DNA of 64,000 nucleotides from Alphaproteobacteria bacterium (GTDB taxonomy: Bacteria > Pseudomonadota > Alphaproteobacteria > MPNO01): the NCBI GenBank assembly GCA_964291675.2, contig OZ219866.1, positions 1,888,001 to 1,952,000 on the forward strand. The letters run 5' to 3'. The notes beneath the pieces were generated by a model that was given only the letters and a program-made list of their open reading frames with translations, did not search any database and was not told where the DNA came from. Numbering within the stretch: position 1 is the stretch's first letter; each line of letters opens with the position of its first letter. Positions 60,715-64,000 of this stretch are shown here, in pieces. The translations under genes were made by a program, and so were the position numbers.

Positions 60715-60993
60715 TCAGAGTGAAAGCGTCCGTGTGCGAGCATTGCCCATCGTGTAGCTGACACGGAGCGCGCCGGGCGAGCCGATTCGGATCAGATGCA
60801 GGTGTCCCTTCGGAGCGGCTTCAATTGCCGCTTGCATGGCGTCTTCCGGCCACCGGCCGCGATATGCCTCGCCTGTCTTCACGTCGATCACGACGTGATG
60901 ATTGTGGAATTTCCGCTCGAATTCCCTGCGGTATTTCTCGTCGTAAATCCTCTCCGCCGCCGTCGCGATCTCCGCCGGCGTCATTTGCGACAT
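60715..60993 (-). CDS. Small hypothetical protein (DUF5678-like)
   Basis: GGAGG RBS; VVIDVKTGEAY and LIRIG. Confidence 0.55.
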   Translation of the reverse strand: MSQMTPAEIATAAERIYDEKYRREFERKFHNHHVVIDVKTGEAYRGRWPEDAMQAAIEAAPKGHLHLIRIGSPGALRVSYTMGNARTRTLSL

Positions 60994-61162
60994 GGCTGGA
61001 TCCTCCCTTTCCTGGCGCCGAGAGCGGTGAGGTGAAGGCCACTGGACGAATATAGGACGAAAAATGGAAAACCGGCGCAAAACCCTGTGAACAGGGGGGC
61101 GTTCCCGAAGCGGCGCCAGGCCGAGTCGAGGGCCGGCCCCGAGCGCTTCGAAGGACGCCCCC

Positions 61163-61981
61163 CTACTCGGCGAAAAAATCCGCCACCAGGCGGCAGAAGC
61201 GCTCGTTCCGCTCGATCTGGGTCCAGTGGCCGCATTGCCCGAACACGTGGAGCTGCGAGCGCGGGATCAGGCGGTGGAGCGCGATCGAGGACTCCAGCGG
61301 GACGATCCGGTCGTCGCGGCCGTGCACGATCAGGGTCTCGTGCTGGAGGCCGCGCAGGGTCTCCTCGCTCTGCGCCATCGCCTCGACATGGCGCTGGCGC
61401 GGCGCCGGGAACATGGACGCATACGATTCCTGGTAGCCCGGCCGGATGCTCGCCTCGTAGCGCAGCCGGACCAGCTCGTCGGTCGCGATCGAGGAGTCCC
61501 AGGCGAACAGCCCGACCAGCTCGCGCATCCGCTCGGGCGAGGGCTCGTAGCCCCACACCGCATCCAGCCCGGGCGTGATCTCGAACGCGTAGCCGGCCGA
61601 GCCCATCAGCACCAGCCGGCCGACCCGCTCCGGGCGGGCCGCCGCCATCGCCAGCGCGAGCCCGCCGCCGAAGGAGTTGCCGACGATGGAGCAGGTCCCG
61701 ATCCCGAGCGCATCGAGCACCGCGAAGGCGTGGTCGCGCCAGTACGGCATCGCATAGACCGCGCCCGCCGGGCGCTCGGTATAGCCAAAGCCCACGATAT
61801 CCGGCGCGATTACGCGGAAGCGGTCCTCCAGCCGGGGCAGCACCGTGCGCCAGTTGGCCCAGGCGGTCACCCCCGGCCCGGAGCCGTGCAGCAGCAGCAC
61901 CGGCGCACCCGCGCCCCGGTCGTGCAGATTGGTCGCGATGCCCCCGGCATCGACGGTGCGGCCGATCTCGGGGTCGGTCAT
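61163..61981 (-). CDS. Meta-cleavage product hydrolase (DmpD/XylF/CumD-like)
   Basis: LHGSGPGVTAWANW, GNSFGG and CGHWTQIE. Confidence 0.9.
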   Translation of the reverse strand: MTDPEIGRTVDAGGIATNLHDRGAGAPVLLLHGSGPGVTAWANWRTVLPRLEDRFRVIAPDIVGFGYTERPAGAVYAMPYWRDHAFAVLDALGIGTCSIVGNSFGGGLALAMAAARPERVGRLVLMGSAGYAFEITPGLDAVWGYEPSPERMRELVGLFAWDSSIATDELVRLRYEASIRPGYQESYASMFPAPRQRHVEAMAQSEETLRGLQHETLIVHGRDDRIVPLESSIALHRLIPRSQLHVFGQCGHWTQIERNERFCRLVADFFAE

Positions 61982-61987
61982 GCGCTG

Positions 61988-62458
61988 CTACTTGCGCGAT
62001 TCGTAGAAGTTGACCAGCTTGACCACGTCGGCGGCGTCGACCCGCCCCAGCGGGCCGTCGCTGTAGGACGACATCGCCACCTTGTTGTCCGCGTCCAGCA
62101 GGAACTCGGACGGCTGGACGATCCCGCGCCGGTCCTCCCACCACGCGCCCAGCGCATCGGCGGTCGCGCGGCTCACCCCGAAGCCGACCGGGAAGCCCAC
62201 CTCGTCGGCCACCTCCTCGGCCTTCTCCAGCGGGTCCGTGCTGGCCGCGACCAGCTTCACGCCCATCCCCTCAAGCGTCTCCCGCTCCTTCTCGAAGCCG
62301 ACCAACTGCCGGCGGCAGAACGGTCACCAGTGGCCCCGGTAGAACAGGACGATCTTGTACTTCGCATCCAGCCCGTCGGGCAGGGAAAGACTCCCCCCGC
62401 CGACCAGATCGAGTCGAAGCCCGGGGAACGCATCCCCGATGCCAAGCTTTTCAGCCAT
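61988..62458 (-). CDS. Peroxiredoxin/AhpC-like selenoprotein (in-frame TGA at 62324..62326)
   Basis: AGGAGG RBS; MAEKLGIGDAFP...LFYRGHW-U-PFCRRQL; frame continuous across TGA; SECIS-like hairpin follows. Confidence 0.85.
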
Positions 62459-62619
62459 GCGACCGCGCTTCCTCCTGTGGCGACCCGGCGGGATGCCGGC
62501 GACCCGGTTTTGTCAGAACCGCGCGGGCGTGGCAATCCCGCGCCGCCACCCTACGTCATATCGACCGGGGTCGTGCGAAGCGCGTCCGAGCGGAGATGTC
62601 TGGACATCATACGGAAAAC

Positions 62620-62806
62620 TAGCCAAGTCCCGTTTACTCCACACGAGTCCGAAGCACCCGCCCCGCCCCGCTACGTTGCAGAATTCGCAGGGCGACACAA
62701 TATCGATGATATGAATGCCGCGGATCAGATGTTTCGTCTGGCACAGGACATGGCGGGGAAACGGCTGATTTGCCGGGAACTGGTTGCGCGAAGTACCGAG
62801 ACTTGA
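62620..62806 (+). pseudogene. IS1595-family transposase C-terminal remnant
   Basis: HTSPKHPP / RYVAEFAGRHNIDDMNAADQMFRLAQDMAGKRLICRELV, frameshifted. Confidence 0.7.
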
Positions 62807-62899
62807 CGGGAATCTCTAGGAATACCGGGGAGAATCGGCTAGCGCTGTCGCCGCGTCTGCAGGGGGCAGTCGAGCGGGACTCTGCTTGACTGAGACGAT

Positions 62900-63409
62900 A
62901 TGGGATATTCGGCAAAGGCTATCGCCAACTTCTTCATCGACCACTACAAGAAGCAAAAATTCACTCCCCTCAAGCTCCAGAAGCTCATCTATATCGCTCA
63001 CGGCTGGCACTTGGCCATGTACGACGAGGATCTGGTGAACGATGAGTACGCCGAGGCGTGGCAGTTCGGTCCAGTGTTCCCCTCGGTCTACCATGAATTC
63101 AAGGACCTGGGGTCGCAGCCCGTTCGTCGCCGCGCGACAGACTTGGATCTCGATGAGGATGGGAACGTCACATTCGCGGCCCCGCTGGTCAAACCCAATG
63201 ACGAGCGCACGACGGCACTGCTTCGTCGGGTTTGGGACGTGTACGGGAAATTCACTGCGGCCCAACTAATCGAACTTACCCATGCTCCGGGATCTCCTTG
63301 GGACAAGGCCCAGAGAAAGGATGGTGGCCTTAGGAGAAATCCTCACATAGAGCGCGAGGACATCGAGAGCCACTACAAGGCTCTATACGAGAAGAATGTC
63401 CGATCTTAG
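62900..63409 (+). CDS. Panacea (DUF4065/SocA) domain antitoxin
   Basis: PLKLQKLIYIAHG, EAWQFGPV and LTHAPGSPW. Confidence 0.9.
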   Translation: MGYSAKAIANFFIDHYKKQKFTPLKLQKLIYIAHGWHLAMYDEDLVNDEYAEAWQFGPVFPSVYHEFKDLGSQPVRRRATDLDLDEDGNVTFAAPLVKPNDERTTALLRRVWDVYGKFTAAQLIELTHAPGSPWDKAQRKDGGLRRNPHIEREDIESHYKALYEKNVRS

Positions 63410-63803
63410 CGCAATCGACGAACAGCCGACCGCCAATGGCGAGCCTTCTGGAGAAGGCGAGCTTCCCGAAGGAGATCGGCAGCGCCTGCTGAACCTATTG
63501 AGGCAATCGAGCGGCGGCCCCGATGCTCGGCAAAGGCGGTCCCTCCGCTGGTTCGCTATCGCGTTCTCGGTCGTTCTTGTTCTGGCGCTCTGCTGGTTGG
63601 AGTACTACATCCTCTGGTGCCTGATACACACGCCCCTCGGTTCCAACGATCTTTTCGTGGTGCTCTGCGTCGCGCCCATCGTCGCGGTGACGACTATCGT
63701 TGTGTTCATGCTTATCGGGGTATTCAGAGGGTTTCGTGAAAGCGATCTGGATTCCTCCCCGCTAAGAACAGCGCTGCAAGCTGCGATGGGAGGTCCCGAA
63801 TAG
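63396..63803 (+). CDS. Two-TM hypothetical protein, candidate toxin partner of Panacea
   Basis: Overlaps Panacea by 14 nt; two hydrophobic segments; lower GC. Confidence 0.6.
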   Translation: MSDLSAIDEQPTANGEPSGEGELPEGDRQRLLNLLRQSSGGPDARQRRSLRWFAIAFSVVLVLALCWLEYYILWCLIHTPLGSNDLFVVLCVAPIVAVTTIVVFMLIGVFRGFRESDLDSSPLRTALQAAMGGPE

Positions 63804-64000
63804 TCATGACCGAGAAGACCGCCAGGCCGACCGCCAAAGCCGACTCCCAAGGTCGCAGCTACGCCAGAGGAAGCCGCGCGCGCTATCTTCTCTGCTGTCC
63901 GGCCACCCGACCCTTTCCCGCAAGCGCCCAAGAGGCGGTCCGGTCGGGAGGCCGTGGCTAGTCAAGCACAAGGATCCCAGATATCTCCCTCCCACGGTGC

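Noticed and set aside
62324-62326. Nonsense mutation making the peroxiredoxin-like gene a pseudogene
   Set aside because: TGA falls exactly at the catalytic Cys position with a SECIS-like hairpin, so Sec is more likely

Overview
High-GC chromosomal window; gene content and repeat families point to an alphaproteobacterium (inference). Housekeeping and metabolic genes include purH, kdsB/kdsC, gph, class I fumarase, mug, nrdAB with NrdR boxes, speD/speE, sua5, cysQ, several MFS/SDR/hydrolase genes and an aromatic-catabolism-like cluster. They are interleaved with dense palindromic repeats and decayed toxin-antitoxin and IS fragments. No rRNA, tRNA or CRISPR was seen. Main leads: (1) An operon divergent from mntR, with an MntR-like box, encodes a secreted di-heme peroxidase-like protein and a PhnDCE-type ABC transporter. 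Its binding protein has the oxyanion ligands replaced by His/Glu/Tyr/Tyr, a candidate redox-coupled Mn/Fe uptake system. (2) A nested hierarchy of site-specific insertions: REP-A holds an IS1595-like MITE (8-bp TSD CTTCGATA), which contains REP-B arrays, which hold a second MITE, whose terminal repeat holds an IS110. A 19-bp piece of the IS110 non-coding end sits at an empty target site. (3) Two perfect parS sites lie inside ~130-bp inverted repeats flanking a 4-gene block. (4) A UGA/Sec (UxxC) peroxiredoxin-like selenoprotein. (5) A Panacea antitoxin plus membrane protein inside an IS1595 remnant. All calls are by eye, without database searches.
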